A program made the position numbers and the translations under genes. The notes under the pieces are model-generated. The model did not search any database and was not told the DNA's origin. It saw only the letters and a program-made list of their open reading frames with translations. A stretch of DNA of 64,000 bases from an uncultured virus (IMG/VR IMGVR_UViG_3300031627_000893) (Duplodnaviria > Heunggongvirae > Uroviricota > Caudoviricetes): IMG/VR virus record IMGVR_UViG_3300031627_000893; one strand, given 5' to 3'. Positions within the stretch are counted from its first letter, which is position 1; every line of letters begins with the position of its first letter. Positions 1-7,769 of this stretch are shown here, in pieces.

Positions 1-225
1 CCCCATCCACGGGAAATTGATATGGATTTCCCAATAGTCGTGCCACTGTTTTACTTTTCTATAAAGCCTCATGGCTATGTTCTTTGTTTATGATTTTTTA
101 AAAACGGTTAGAATCGGATGACTTCTATAACAGCAAGGCGACCATCGACGTAACCATGCCTATAGCAGATTCTGTTTCCGTACTCATCGTACCCCCTAGG
201 CGGTTGCTTGTATTTTTTCTTCTTC

Positions 226-846
226 TTAGTCTTCATCGAAGTAGTCGTAATCGTTAAACGGTTTTTCTTCCCAAAGATTCACAGCTATGACTTTCCTTGT
301 CCCAAACTCTATCTCCTTTACACCGTGGAGCTTAGACGAATCGAATAAAACGAGTCTATTAAACAGAGGGGAGACGACCTTGTAATCAGAGGGCAATGGA
401 ACTTCTTCGCAGAGATCAAATGAGGTGTCTATTTCGGGCCAAAAACAAAATTCCCCGCCTACGACATCTTCTATGTCCTTACTCCCATAGTAAACAATGC
501 CAATTTTAGGGTGGTGGTATTTGTTCTTGTACTTTAGGAGGCTTTCATCTTTGTCGAAATGAGGCAACATTCCCCAAGTTTCGTCATAACTATTCTTGAT
601 GTTTTGTGGCCCTAAGCTGTTAGTCCAAAATTCATAAAATTTAACCCCTACGTTTTGGTTTTTGAGTCTGTCGTCCGTAAATATGTACTTAATGAATTCG
701 TGGACAAAGCATCCCGTCCCGACTTCTTCCCATCCTTTATATAAATCAAATTCACCTTGCCAAAAGTTTTTTTCGTCATGCGTTTGGGGGTCGTTGATCT
801 TTCTTATGATGTTCTCATCTCTTACGAAGTCGTCGAATACAATCAT
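226..846 (-). CDS. 2OG-Fe(II) oxygenase (prolyl-4-hydroxylase-like)
   Basis: HxD motif (PHFDKD), GGEF, NRLVLFDS, distal His (LHGV) and 2OG-binding Arg (RKVIAVNLW). Confidence 0.8.
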   Translation of the reverse strand: MIVFDDFVRDENIIRKINDPQTHDEKNFWQGEFDLYKGWEEVGTGCFVHEFIKYIFTDDRLKNQNVGVKFYEFWTNSLGPQNIKNSYDETWGMLPHFDKDESLLKYKNKYHHPKIGIVYYGSKDIEDVVGGEFCFWPEIDTSFDLCEEVPLPSDYKVVSPLFNRLVLFDSSKLHGVKEIEFGTRKVIAVNLWEEKPFNDYDYFDED

Positions 847-881
847 TTTAAAGTTTTTTTATTAGTGTTGGGTTGTGACTC

Positions 882-1145
882 TCAGAGCTTTAACTCTATT
901 TTATTAGATGCACTTAATACAGCATCGATAATGGGCTGCGGAAGTTCGCTCGTTTGGTATGCCTCGACAAGACCTTCAAGAACCGCTTCCATAACTTCCA
1001 GTTTGGCTTCTTCCAAGCCGTGAGCGAATCCAACGCAGTAAGTAGTAACCTCGTTGTGGTCTACGCAATTACGCCTAAACTCACCATTGTGACTAATGTT
1101 CCACGAGAACTCATCTTCTCTCTCTATGCTTACGATACGATTCAT
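882..1145 (-). CDS. hypothetical protein
   Basis: 87-aa ORF in the co-oriented minus-strand gene run. Confidence 0.6.
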   Translation of the reverse strand: MNRIVSIEREDEFSWNISHNGEFRRNCVDHNEVTTYCVGFAHGLEEAKLEVMEAVLEGLVEAYQTSELPQPIIDAVLSASNKIELKL

Positions 1146-1164
1146 TTCTATATATTCCTAACGC

Positions 1165-1557
1165 TTATACCCTTTTGTCGCCTTTTATGAATAAAGCATC
1201 TGGGGCTTTAGAATAGTACCTAAACAATGCTGGACATAGCCAAACATCTAATCCTTCATATCCTTCATCGTCGTTATCGTCGCTAATAAGATCTGTCGCT
1301 AACTTATACCAAGTCCCGCTCATACAATCTTTTTCAACATTTTTTTTCAGATGGAAGTCCCACGCGGGTAAGACGCTGTCCGAGAAAACTGCATTGAAAT
1401 CTCCGTACTCGCCATATAGTTTAGAGCATAGAGTATCGGCTCCGCAGACTAAAGGCTCTTTCTCAAGATTTTTTGAGGAATCATCGAAAACCCATTGGCC
1501 GCTAACCCGATAAGGCGATATTACATATAGTGCGTTCATTAGTTGTTGATCTGACAT
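1165..1557 (-). CDS. DUF6717-like conserved hypothetical protein
   Basis: Motifs ISPY..WVFDD..KEPLV.GAD and WLCPALFRYY; start moved to Met at 1557 because the ATG at 1566 overlaps the -10 box. Confidence 0.7.
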   Translation of the reverse strand: MSDQQLMNALYVISPYRVSGQWVFDDSSKNLEKEPLVCGADTLCSKLYGEYGDFNAVFSDSVLPAWDFHLKKNVEKDCMSGTWYKLATDLISDDNDDEGYEGLDVWLCPALFRYYSKAPDALFIKGDKRV

Positions 1558-1564
1558 AGGGGGC

Positions 1565-1592
1565 ATTATAGGGAAAAGAATTTAATAGTCAA
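1565..1592 (-). promoter_or_regulatory. sigma70-type promoter, likely producing a leaderless mRNA
   Basis: TTGACT (1592-1587), 16 nt, TATAAT (1570-1565); ATG at 1557 lies 7 nt after the -10 box. Confidence 0.75.
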
Positions 1593-1762
1593 GAACTATT
1601 CTCGATTTTCTTTCTGCGTCTTTTATCTAAATCTCTCTGGTTGTACTCCGTCTGTCTTTTCGAGGGCATACTTTCTCTAAGAGCCAGTAGAGCTCTCTCT
1701 CCGTCCTCATCCGTTATCACTTTACGGGGAAAGGATAAACACCCAATGACCATTGTTCTCAT
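1589..1762 (-). CDS. small hypothetical protein (57 aa, not in ORF track)
   Basis: MRTMVIGCLSFPRK...KIENSS*; start overlaps the stop of 1759-2034 (ATGA). Confidence 0.5.
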   Translation of the reverse strand: MRTMVIGCLSFPRKVITDEDGERALLALRESMPSKRQTEYNQRDLDKRRRKKIENSS

Positions 1763-2034
1763 GCAAGTTTCTTCTTCGGTTGCTCGAAAGTGTGTGGATC
1801 TTTTTCGGGTTGCATTTCTGATTTATACTCTGTGATCCACTTGTTTATCTGTCGAACCGCTAACCTAGACCTCATTCTTTCCCTCTTTCGGTAGGACGGG
1901 TTTCCTTCTGCCTCTTGAAGATTATTATTTAAATGACTCAGGATATGTGTCAAGACACAAGAATTAAGCCTCCGCTCCTCATCTGAAAAGTCATAGCTCT
2001 CCTCAATTATCTGTCGGTGAGTTTTCATATGCAT
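1759..2034 (-). CDS. hypothetical protein
   Basis: 91-aa ORF in the gene run. Confidence 0.6.
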   Translation of the reverse strand: MHMKTHRQIIEESYDFSDEERRLNSCVLTHILSHLNNNLQEAEGNPSYRKRERMRSRLAVRQINKWITEYKSEMQPEKDPHTFEQPKKKLA

Positions 2035-2115
2035 ATAGTAACATTAATCATTCCGTATTTATAAAAAACCTCCTCAAACCTTAATAAACCAAACCAATTT
2101 TAAAGTTTAAAAATA

Positions 2116-2180
2116 ACCAAACCAAACCAAACCCCGCCGAGCCTAAGCGGACCCCGCCAAACCAGACCGCACCCTACCTT
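2116..2180 (-). ncRNA. GGY-NN five-nucleotide periodic array, candidate guide RNA for the Cas7/RAMP-like protein
   Basis: Minus strand reads GGT ag GGT gc GGT ct GGT tt GGC gg GGT cc GCT ta GGC tc GGC gg GGT tt GGT tt GGT tt GGT; 12 of 13 units are GGY in exact 5-nt register; intergenic. Confidence 0.75.
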
Positions 2181-2191
2181 ATTTTCGACTA

Positions 2192-2596
2192 CTAAACTAT
2201 CACGCCATCACCTTCACAGCTTTTGCACTTCGGATTAACCACCTGAGTCCCGTATTCGGGGTGGAGTATTCCGCAGTCATCACACCCATGAGTGTCTTTC
2301 CATATTCCATCGGCTTCATCCTCAACCGCTTGTTGCGCTTCCCAAAAAGAATCGATCTTAAATGGGTACTTGAGAGTGATTGGAACTACATCCCAATCTA
2401 CGCCTTCTACAATTGATCCTACTGTAATTCCAACAGTATCACCGTCTACGATTTCTTCCATAATCCAAGCTCCGCAATTCGTATACTTATAAGTATTACG
2501 CTTAACAGCATCGAATGTCGTTTCACTGCATAGACGAGCCTTTAGGAAGTCATCTAAATTATTAACAGTTCTTCCGGTAGCTTTAGTCGTAGACAT
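2192..2596 (-). CDS. hypothetical protein with C-terminal CxxC...CxxC zinc-binding motif
   Basis: CDDC and CKSC near the C-terminus; likely start MSTTKA at 2596. Confidence 0.65.
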   Translation of the reverse strand: MSTTKATGRTVNNLDDFLKARLCSETTFDAVKRNTYKYTNCGAWIMEEIVDGDTVGITVGSIVEGVDWDVVPITLKYPFKIDSFWEAQQAVEDEADGIWKDTHGCDDCGILHPEYGTQVVNPKCKSCEGDGVIV

Positions 2597-2912
2597 TTTC
2601 CCACCTTCTCTGTTGTTCTTGGTACATACAATTCCACACAGCGAAGTACGCATCATGGCGACCAGTCTCCACCACTGAGCTTTTAAAGTTGTCATAATCG
2701 ATATTCAGAACTTTTTCTTTCATTACCTGAGCGACTTCGGCTCTCGAAACTACCGCACGATATCCGTAATCACTAGTCGGAGTGTACATGACCTTTGCGC
2801 GTGGGAAGACGCTATCTATGTCTCCCTCTATCCTGCCTCTCACTAAAAGATGTTCTGGTTTAGACCTATGAGAAACTACGCTCAACATAGAGTCATTCAA
2901 GAAAATCCACAT
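2583..2912 (-). CDS. conserved phage hypothetical protein
   Basis: MWIF..S.V..LLVR.R...DY.YR...IDYDNFK pattern familiar from phage accessory genes. Confidence 0.65.
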   Translation of the reverse strand: MWIFLNDSMLSVVSHRSKPEHLLVRGRIEGDIDSVFPRAKVMYTPTSDYGYRAVVSRAEVAQVMKEKVLNIDYDNFKSSVVETGRHDAYFAVWNCMYQEQQRRWENVYD

Positions 2913-2943
2913 AATAGATCCTTTCTTTAGGGGATTAAAAGTT

Positions 2944-2961
2944 GGGGGGCTTTCGCCCCCC
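2944..2961 (-). terminator. intrinsic terminator or stable hairpin after the Cas7-like gene
   Basis: GGGGGGC-GAAA-GCCCCCC followed by AACTTTT on the minus strand. Confidence 0.75.
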
Positions 2962-2972
2962 GTTGAGTTAGT

Positions 2973-3632
2973 CTAGCCTTGAGTATCGATATCGTACTGA
3001 GTGATAACGAATCTTCCGTATGAAGGCCGGAAATCTCCGACTCCGTTGAACTGACCAGCATCGCTCAAAACCTTGTAGAAGGTTGAGGGAGCAATATATT
3101 CCGGTTGCTGAATAAGAAACTCCATGTCTACCTTCCAGCCTTCTTTAACGGCAGGACGGCAACGATTAACTCCAGCGCGTTGGATAACAACTCGACGCTT
3201 ATCAACGTAATCCCAATCCTTAATGCCCAAGGAAGCGAGACGGGTAAGCCCAATCACGGATGCCTTGTAAAGGTCATGACCAGACTTACGCGGACTACGA
3301 GGATCTTGAACCGACTTAGCAGCAGTCGCTACTGCCATCCGAACATACTCAGTAGGAATGCAAAGTTCGCCCTCGTCGTTTCGCCAAACATACGACTCTA
3401 GGTCATCTGTTTTTTTTGCCTTGCTGTTTTTCGCGGCATTTGATTTAGCCTCGACTGCCTCGCAATTCCACCTATGAAATAGCATATCTGCGACACCCAT
3501 TAATTGTACTTTGACAATATAGGGCCTCTCCATTTCATGTATGTCCTTAGCTCCGTTTGTTGGGGATTCCCCGCCTACCACATCCAAGGCTTTTTTGGAT
3601 GTGCCTCTGTTTACTTTAACTTTAGTCGCCAT
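2973..3632 (-). CDS. stand-alone Cas7/RAMP-superfamily-like protein (Vipr-like)
   Basis: RAMP-like order of motifs: N-terminal strand (YIVKVQLMGVADMLFH), LCIPTEYVRMAV, thumb region (RVVIQRAGVNRCRP), GWKVDMEF strand, C-terminal Gly-rich loop AGQFNGVGDFRPSYGRF; no other cas genes nearby. Confidence 0.75.
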   Translation of the reverse strand: MATKVKVNRGTSKKALDVVGGESPTNGAKDIHEMERPYIVKVQLMGVADMLFHRWNCEAVEAKSNAAKNSKAKKTDDLESYVWRNDEGELCIPTEYVRMAVATAAKSVQDPRSPRKSGHDLYKASVIGLTRLASLGIKDWDYVDKRRVVIQRAGVNRCRPAVKEGWKVDMEFLIQQPEYIAPSTFYKVLSDAGQFNGVGDFRPSYGRFVITQYDIDTQG

Positions 3633-3707
3633 GATTTTAATAATAATATTTAATTTAACTATCTGGATGATTTGTTAATGCACTCACAATAACCTCATCT
3701 GGAAACG

Positions 3708-3735
3708 ATTATATAGAAGATCGACAATATGTCAA
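3708..3735 (-). promoter_or_regulatory. consensus sigma70 promoter of the Cas7-like gene
   Basis: TTGACA (3735-3730), 16 nt, TATAAT (3713-3708). Confidence 0.85.
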
Positions 3736-3743
3736 TACTTTTT

Positions 3744-4136
3744 TTAAAAAACTTTAAATGACCCAGACTGGCAATACATAGCAAAGTCTGTAATAGCTTC
3801 CTTTTTGTTCTTACCGCTGAATACCTCCAGAATTGACTTGTAAGCTATCTTTTCTCCCCTTTGGTACTTTGTTACCTCTTCTAGGTCCATAGGGTTTAAA
3901 GCGGTCTGGAGGGCACGGGCTTCCCTGTCTGGTATATCATCTAGAGCAGACAATAAAGCATCCCCGATACTATAAGCATCTTCTCTGTCTACTGTTTGCC
4001 CATCATTCGAGAAGTAATAATCCAACTCATACTTTCGCTTCCATCCATATTTCTCAGCTAGTCTAAGAGCGTTGCAGTAAGCCCAAGTAGTGAATCTCCA
4101 ATCTTGCCCATTTTCATTTACTAAATCCATCGACAT
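3744..4136 (-). CDS. hypothetical protein
   Basis: ORF; likely start MSMDLVNE at 4136. Confidence 0.6.
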   Translation of the reverse strand: MSMDLVNENGQDWRFTTWAYCNALRLAEKYGWKRKYELDYYFSNDGQTVDREDAYSIGDALLSALDDIPDREARALQTALNPMDLEEVTKYQRGEKIAYKSILEVFSGKNKKEAITDFAMYCQSGSFKVF

Positions 4137-4207
4137 AACGTTTACTTTCTGAATAATATTAAAGTTTAAAAAAGCACACGCACTTATATTGAAAGCTAAA
4201 CCTGAAG

Positions 4208-4507
4208 TCAACTAAATTTAGTACCATCATGATACGCTTTTGCCTCTTCGTAATCCGTGTAATGACTCATTGGCTGACGGTCTTCTATGCGAGGCAGCAT
4301 ATACTTCATATACGCTTCTCTTTGCTTGGGGCAAGTAAGGTGCTCGTGAGTCTTTGTTCTCGGTCGGATACAAGCATCCATTTGAGCATCCTTGGCTGCT
4401 TGTATCCACTGCTGAAGTGAGTACTCTTTAAGATAAGAGCGGCGATCCTCCCGGCTAATCAATAGAGAAGCAATTTTTATTAGAAACTTAAAAGCCCAAA
4501 ACTTCAT
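4208..4507 (-). CDS. hypothetical protein
   Basis: 99-aa ORF with ATGA overlap to the upstream gene. Confidence 0.55.
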   Translation of the reverse strand: MKFWAFKFLIKIASLLISREDRRSYLKEYSLQQWIQAAKDAQMDACIRPRTKTHEHLTCPKQREAYMKYMLPRIEDRQPMSHYTDYEEAKAYHDGTKFS

Positions 4508-4623
4508 TTAGAAATATAATAAGAGAAAGCACCGATAAAAGCTAAAGAAAATACAACGAATACAGCAAAAAGCTTACTATCTTTTGACGGCTTACCGTGG
4601 TTTGCGTCATGTGGTAATACCAT
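4504..4623 (-). CDS. small single-pass membrane protein
   Basis: MVLPHDANHG...LFAVFVVFSLAFIGAFSYYISK with one hydrophobic helix; start reassigned to 4623. Confidence 0.55.
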   Translation of the reverse strand: MVLPHDANHGKPSKDSKLFAVFVVFSLAFIGAFSYYISK

Positions 4624-4637
4624 AGGTGTTCTATCCG

Positions 4638-4790
4638 TTAAACGCTCTTGTCGGACCCATGGCAATTGCAGCCGCAATTCGGGTCGGAGCAATTCTCGCA
4701 ATCGCAATCACATTTTTGGCCACCGCAACCACAGTCGCCGCAGTCACTGGAGTAAGCTTTCATTAAGTCTATGACGGTAATGCGTTTCAT
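4638..4790 (-). CDS. metallothionein-like Cys-rich small protein (50 aa, not in ORF track)
   Basis: MKRITVIDLMKAYSSDCGDCGCGGQKCDCDCENCSDPNCGCNCHGSDKSV*; 10 Cys in residues 17-43. Confidence 0.75.
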   Translation of the reverse strand: MKRITVIDLMKAYSSDCGDCGCGGQKCDCDCENCSDPNCGCNCHGSDKSV

Positions 4791-4809
4791 AGTAGACATT
4801 TACACTGTT

Positions 4810-5172
4810 TCATTGACTATTCTCGAAGTTATTGACTATCACGCCAATACACGGATGCACAGGCACTGAAGAGAGCTTCTTATCTATGCACTGAACAAGG
4901 GTTTCTGGGTCGTGAGCTACTAGCATAGTCGTGGCTTGGGGCTGTCCAAAGGGATTACAGAAGTGTATCCTAGACAAAAGGTATGTTTTAGCTCCCGATT
5001 CTTCCGCGCCGACTGTAGCTATATCATCGAATACTATGTACCTATCTTTTTCGTGTCCAATTACGCAATGCTCTCCTGTCACTGCGGTGATCCACTTCGG
5101 ACGAATCCATACCTCGGCGTTGGGCGTGACTTTTCTGACTTTGACAAACTTACGATCAGCTAATGACTTCAT
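4810..5172 (-). CDS. hypothetical protein
   Basis: ORF; likely start MKSLAD. Confidence 0.55.
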   Translation of the reverse strand: MKSLADRKFVKVRKVTPNAEVWIRPKWITAVTGEHCVIGHEKDRYIVFDDIATVGAEESGAKTYLLSRIHFCNPFGQPQATTMLVAHDPETLVQCIDKKLSSVPVHPCIGVIVNNFENSQ

Positions 5173-5211
5173 GCGGATGAGGGTGACCCTATTACGATTT
5201 AACGTCAAGAC

Positions 5212-5349
5212 TTATCTAGAGAAAACTCTTTTGGCCTGAGAAGGGAATTGATCTCTCATTCCTCTCAGGGCCGCTTTAGCAGTCTTAACTACTGTGTCGG
5301 ATTTCTGACCTGTCAAAATTGTCCCTGAAACTTCAGTTAACAATCTCAT
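5212..5349 (-). CDS. small hypothetical protein (45 aa, not in ORF track)
   Basis: MRLLTEVSGTIL...KRVFSR* fills the gap in the gene run. Confidence 0.4.
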   Translation of the reverse strand: MRLLTEVSGTILTGQKSDTVVKTAKAALRGMRDQFPSQAKRVFSR

Positions 5350-5542
5350 TGTCTCTTCGATTGACTTTTTTTGCTCTCTCGTCATTTTGAATAATACTTT
5401 CTAAATGTTTTATTGTTATTTTAAGACTCTCCTGCTCTCTGAAAGGAAGTTCTCCTTTTAAAAGTACACCATTATACTTATCTACTAGCATCCGTAATCT
5501 ACTCATAAACTTAAAGGCCCCGTAAGGGAAAGCCAACTGCAA
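5333..5542 (-). CDS. hypothetical protein
   Basis: ORF in the gene run; start uncertain. Confidence 0.45.
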   Translation of the reverse strand: MQLAFPYGAFKFMSRLRMLVDKYNGVLLKGELPFREQESLKITIKHLESIIQNDERAKKVNRRDNEIVN

Positions 5543-5648
5543 GAGCTCCTCTCACGGGGCCGAGTTGAATTATTGTAATCACAACTTGTCTCGAAAGAGA
5601 CAGGCGAAGGATATTGAAGTTGACGCAATTGGGAAGGAAAATCTTTAA

Positions 5649-5936
5649 TCATTTTATTTCCGAGCTCGGCAATGAATCTCTTAATTCCACCCACTTGTCC
5701 ACGCCCATATCCGCCAACATGTTTTCGATAAAATCTATTCTTGCTAGTTTGTCCATCATAACATTAGGTACGCCATCTACATCAGACCTCGATATAATAG
5801 TCTTACCGTCGTCTATGCCGCCCTGAATTTGATAAGAATTAATGCTGCACTTGTGATCTCCCTGAAGGATAACAAGCTGACTAAAGTAAAGCTCCCTTCT
5901 CGATTCTAAATATTTAGTTAATGTGGTTGGTTCCAT
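5649..5936 (-). CDS. hypothetical protein
   Basis: 95-aa ORF overlapping the end of the sigma factor gene. Confidence 0.55.
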   Translation of the reverse strand: MEPTTLTKYLESRRELYFSQLVILQGDHKCSINSYQIQGGIDDGKTIISRSDVDGVPNVMMDKLARIDFIENMLADMGVDKWVELRDSLPSSEIK

Positions 5937-6762
5937 CGCTTAAAAAGACCATGTTTTTCTCTTTAAATAAAATTCTAAATTTGACTATGGCTGTAGTCTC
6001 GATTTGCCTAATTCTTTCTCTGGTGCATTTGAACTGCTTCCCTATTTCTTCTAAAGTGAGCCTTTCAAAGCCACATAACCCGAACCTATGTCTGATTATA
6101 GTAGCTTCCCTTTTCTTAAAACAAAATAAAACTTCATTTATGACTTCTCTCAAGTTGGAAGTATCGAGAGCAGATGAAGAATTTCCCGCTCCTTCGTCTT
6201 CCATTAAGTCCCCAATTTTCTCGCCGTTTTGATCATCGACGCTCACTGGAGCATCTAAACTAACAGAGGGATTCTTGTGGCCTAAACAAACTTGAACTTG
6301 GACACTGTTAAGGCCAAATTTCTCGCCTATTTCTTCGCTATTTGGAAACCTGCCCTCACTGCCTTTGAAGTTATCCATAAACTCCCAAATTTTCAAGTAA
6401 AGCAAAACTCTATGGTCTGGTATCCTTACCGTCCTAGACTTGTTGCTTATCGCTTTGTAAATCGCTTGTTTAACCCAATGATAAGCATAAGTGGAGAACT
6501 TGTGCCCTCTGTCAATATCAAACTTTTCTACCGCCCTTAATAATCCAATGTTTCCTTCCGAGACTAGGTCATCAAAAGAAAGTATACCGTACGACCTGCC
6601 TTTAGTCACTTGATTGACTATTTTGATGACCAGCCTAATATTGCTTTCTAAAAACCTGTTTCTAGCTTCTATAAATTTTTTCTTCGTTCCACCCTTTTTG
6701 ATGATTGCACATAGCTCAATCTCTTCCTCTCTGGTGAGAAGGTCTGGAAGGTCGCGGTACAT
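5914..6762 (-). CDS. RNA polymerase sigma70-family factor (RpoD/RpoS-like, regions 1.2-4)
   Basis: LLTREEEIEL, NIRLVIKI, DLVSEGNIGLLRAVEKFD..RGHKFSTYAYHWVKQAI, SRTVRIP, LTLEEIG...TRERIRQIE. Confidence 0.95.
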   Translation of the reverse strand: MYRDLPDLLTREEEIELCAIIKKGGTKKKFIEARNRFLESNIRLVIKIVNQVTKGRSYGILSFDDLVSEGNIGLLRAVEKFDIDRGHKFSTYAYHWVKQAIYKAISNKSRTVRIPDHRVLLYLKIWEFMDNFKGSEGRFPNSEEIGEKFGLNSVQVQVCLGHKNPSVSLDAPVSVDDQNGEKIGDLMEDEGAGNSSSALDTSNLREVINEVLFCFKKREATIIRHRFGLCGFERLTLEEIGKQFKCTRERIRQIETTAIVKFRILFKEKNMVFLSDGTNHIN

Positions 6763-6764
6763 AG

Positions 6765-6792
6765 AAAAAGAGCGAGGTTTTTAATCTCGCTC
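6765..6792 (-). terminator. intrinsic terminator immediately upstream of the sigma factor start codon
   Basis: GAGCGAGattaaaaacCTCGCTC followed by TTTTT, then ctATG. Confidence 0.65.
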
Positions 6793-6800
6793 AGTTTTGT

Positions 6801-7241
6801 TTAGCTTGTGGTGTTCGCCCGATGGGAGTCCGCTTCGGCTTTAAACTCGTTAACTAGATTATCGTATCTGAGTATTTTGTCAAGAAACTTGCTTTGGGCT
6901 TTGGTGTCCATTTTCTCATATTTACTCCGAGTATCATCGACTATGTTTTTATCTCTACGCTTTCTCGCGTACTCTCTCTTATCGCTAAGGAACTGCCCTC
7001 TTTCGTCTGATGACATATTTTCTAGCTTCTTTTTTCTCTTTACGGACATTTTGTTAAGCATATCTTTTTTATCGTCCTTGTTTTGCATAGCGTATCTTTC
7101 TCTCTTCCTCTCTAATTTATTAGCCCTGTGATCAGCGTTTAAATAATACTTTTTTTTCTCCCAATTTGCTCTGTAATTTTTTCGGTACTCTTGGTATTCC
7201 TGTTCGTTTAGAACGTTCCCGTCTATTTTGTGAGTTTTCAT
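6801..7241 (-). CDS. highly basic helical hypothetical protein
   Basis: K/R-rich 146-aa ORF. Confidence 0.6.
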   Translation of the reverse strand: MKTHKIDGNVLNEQEYQEYRKNYRANWEKKKYYLNADHRANKLERKRERYAMQNKDDKKDMLNKMSVKRKKKLENMSSDERGQFLSDKREYARKRRDKNIVDDTRSKYEKMDTKAQSKFLDKILRYDNLVNEFKAEADSHRANTTS

Positions 7242-7695
7242 TATTTAATTCTGATATGATTGCATCTATCTGATTTTCGTACGGGTCGTGAACAATATCT
7301 AAATATTTTTCTCCCCAAACGACTATCCTTATTTCGTTTATTGTTTGAAGCACGGATGACAGCTTAACCCCGTCTGGGATTTTACCATTCATCGATATGC
7401 TTGATTGCCAGTTGTTCATTCTCACCTCAACCTTCAAGAGCTCCTTTTTGTGCGTCTTGTCATTGAAGTAAAAAATTATGTTGGCCTTACTCGCTGTAAG
7501 ATTATCCCCTTGACCCTTCTTCTTTACGACTCTTACTAAGGCTAAATCCTGAGAAACATTATCCGCATTGAATTTACGATAGGATACCAAGTCCCCTGAA
7601 GGAATATAAGCACAGCTTTTCGTAAAGCTGGATTCTGCCCAAAGTATCTCGTGTTGCATCTCTCGAAAGCTACTGAATAAAGGCGTCGATGTCAA
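7132..7695 (-). CDS. hypothetical protein
   Basis: 187-aa ORF; 3' end overlaps the next gene by 110 nt. Confidence 0.55.
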   Translation of the reverse strand: MTSTPLFSSFREMQHEILWAESSFTKSCAYIPSGDLVSYRKFNADNVSQDLALVRVVKKKGQGDNLTASKANIIFYFNDKTHKKELLKVEVRMNNWQSSISMNGKIPDGVKLSSVLQTINEIRIVVWGEKYLDIVHDPYENQIDAIISELNNENSQNRRERSKRTGIPRVPKKLQSKLGEKKVLFKR

Positions 7696-7769
7696 GAGTT
7701 AAATAGGTTTTATTTATTAGAGAGTTACTGACCGAGATGTTATTAAAGTTTTTTAATTAGTTTTAAGCC

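Noticed and set aside
2116..2130. Array as an ordinary (AAACC)n microsatellite
   Set aside because: Only the last few units are identical; the rest keep GGY while both spacer bases vary, which slippage alone would not produce.
4624..4707. N-terminal extension of ORF 4504-4707
   Set aside because: It overlaps the Cys-rich ORF in another frame; the ATG at 4623 is the more plausible start.
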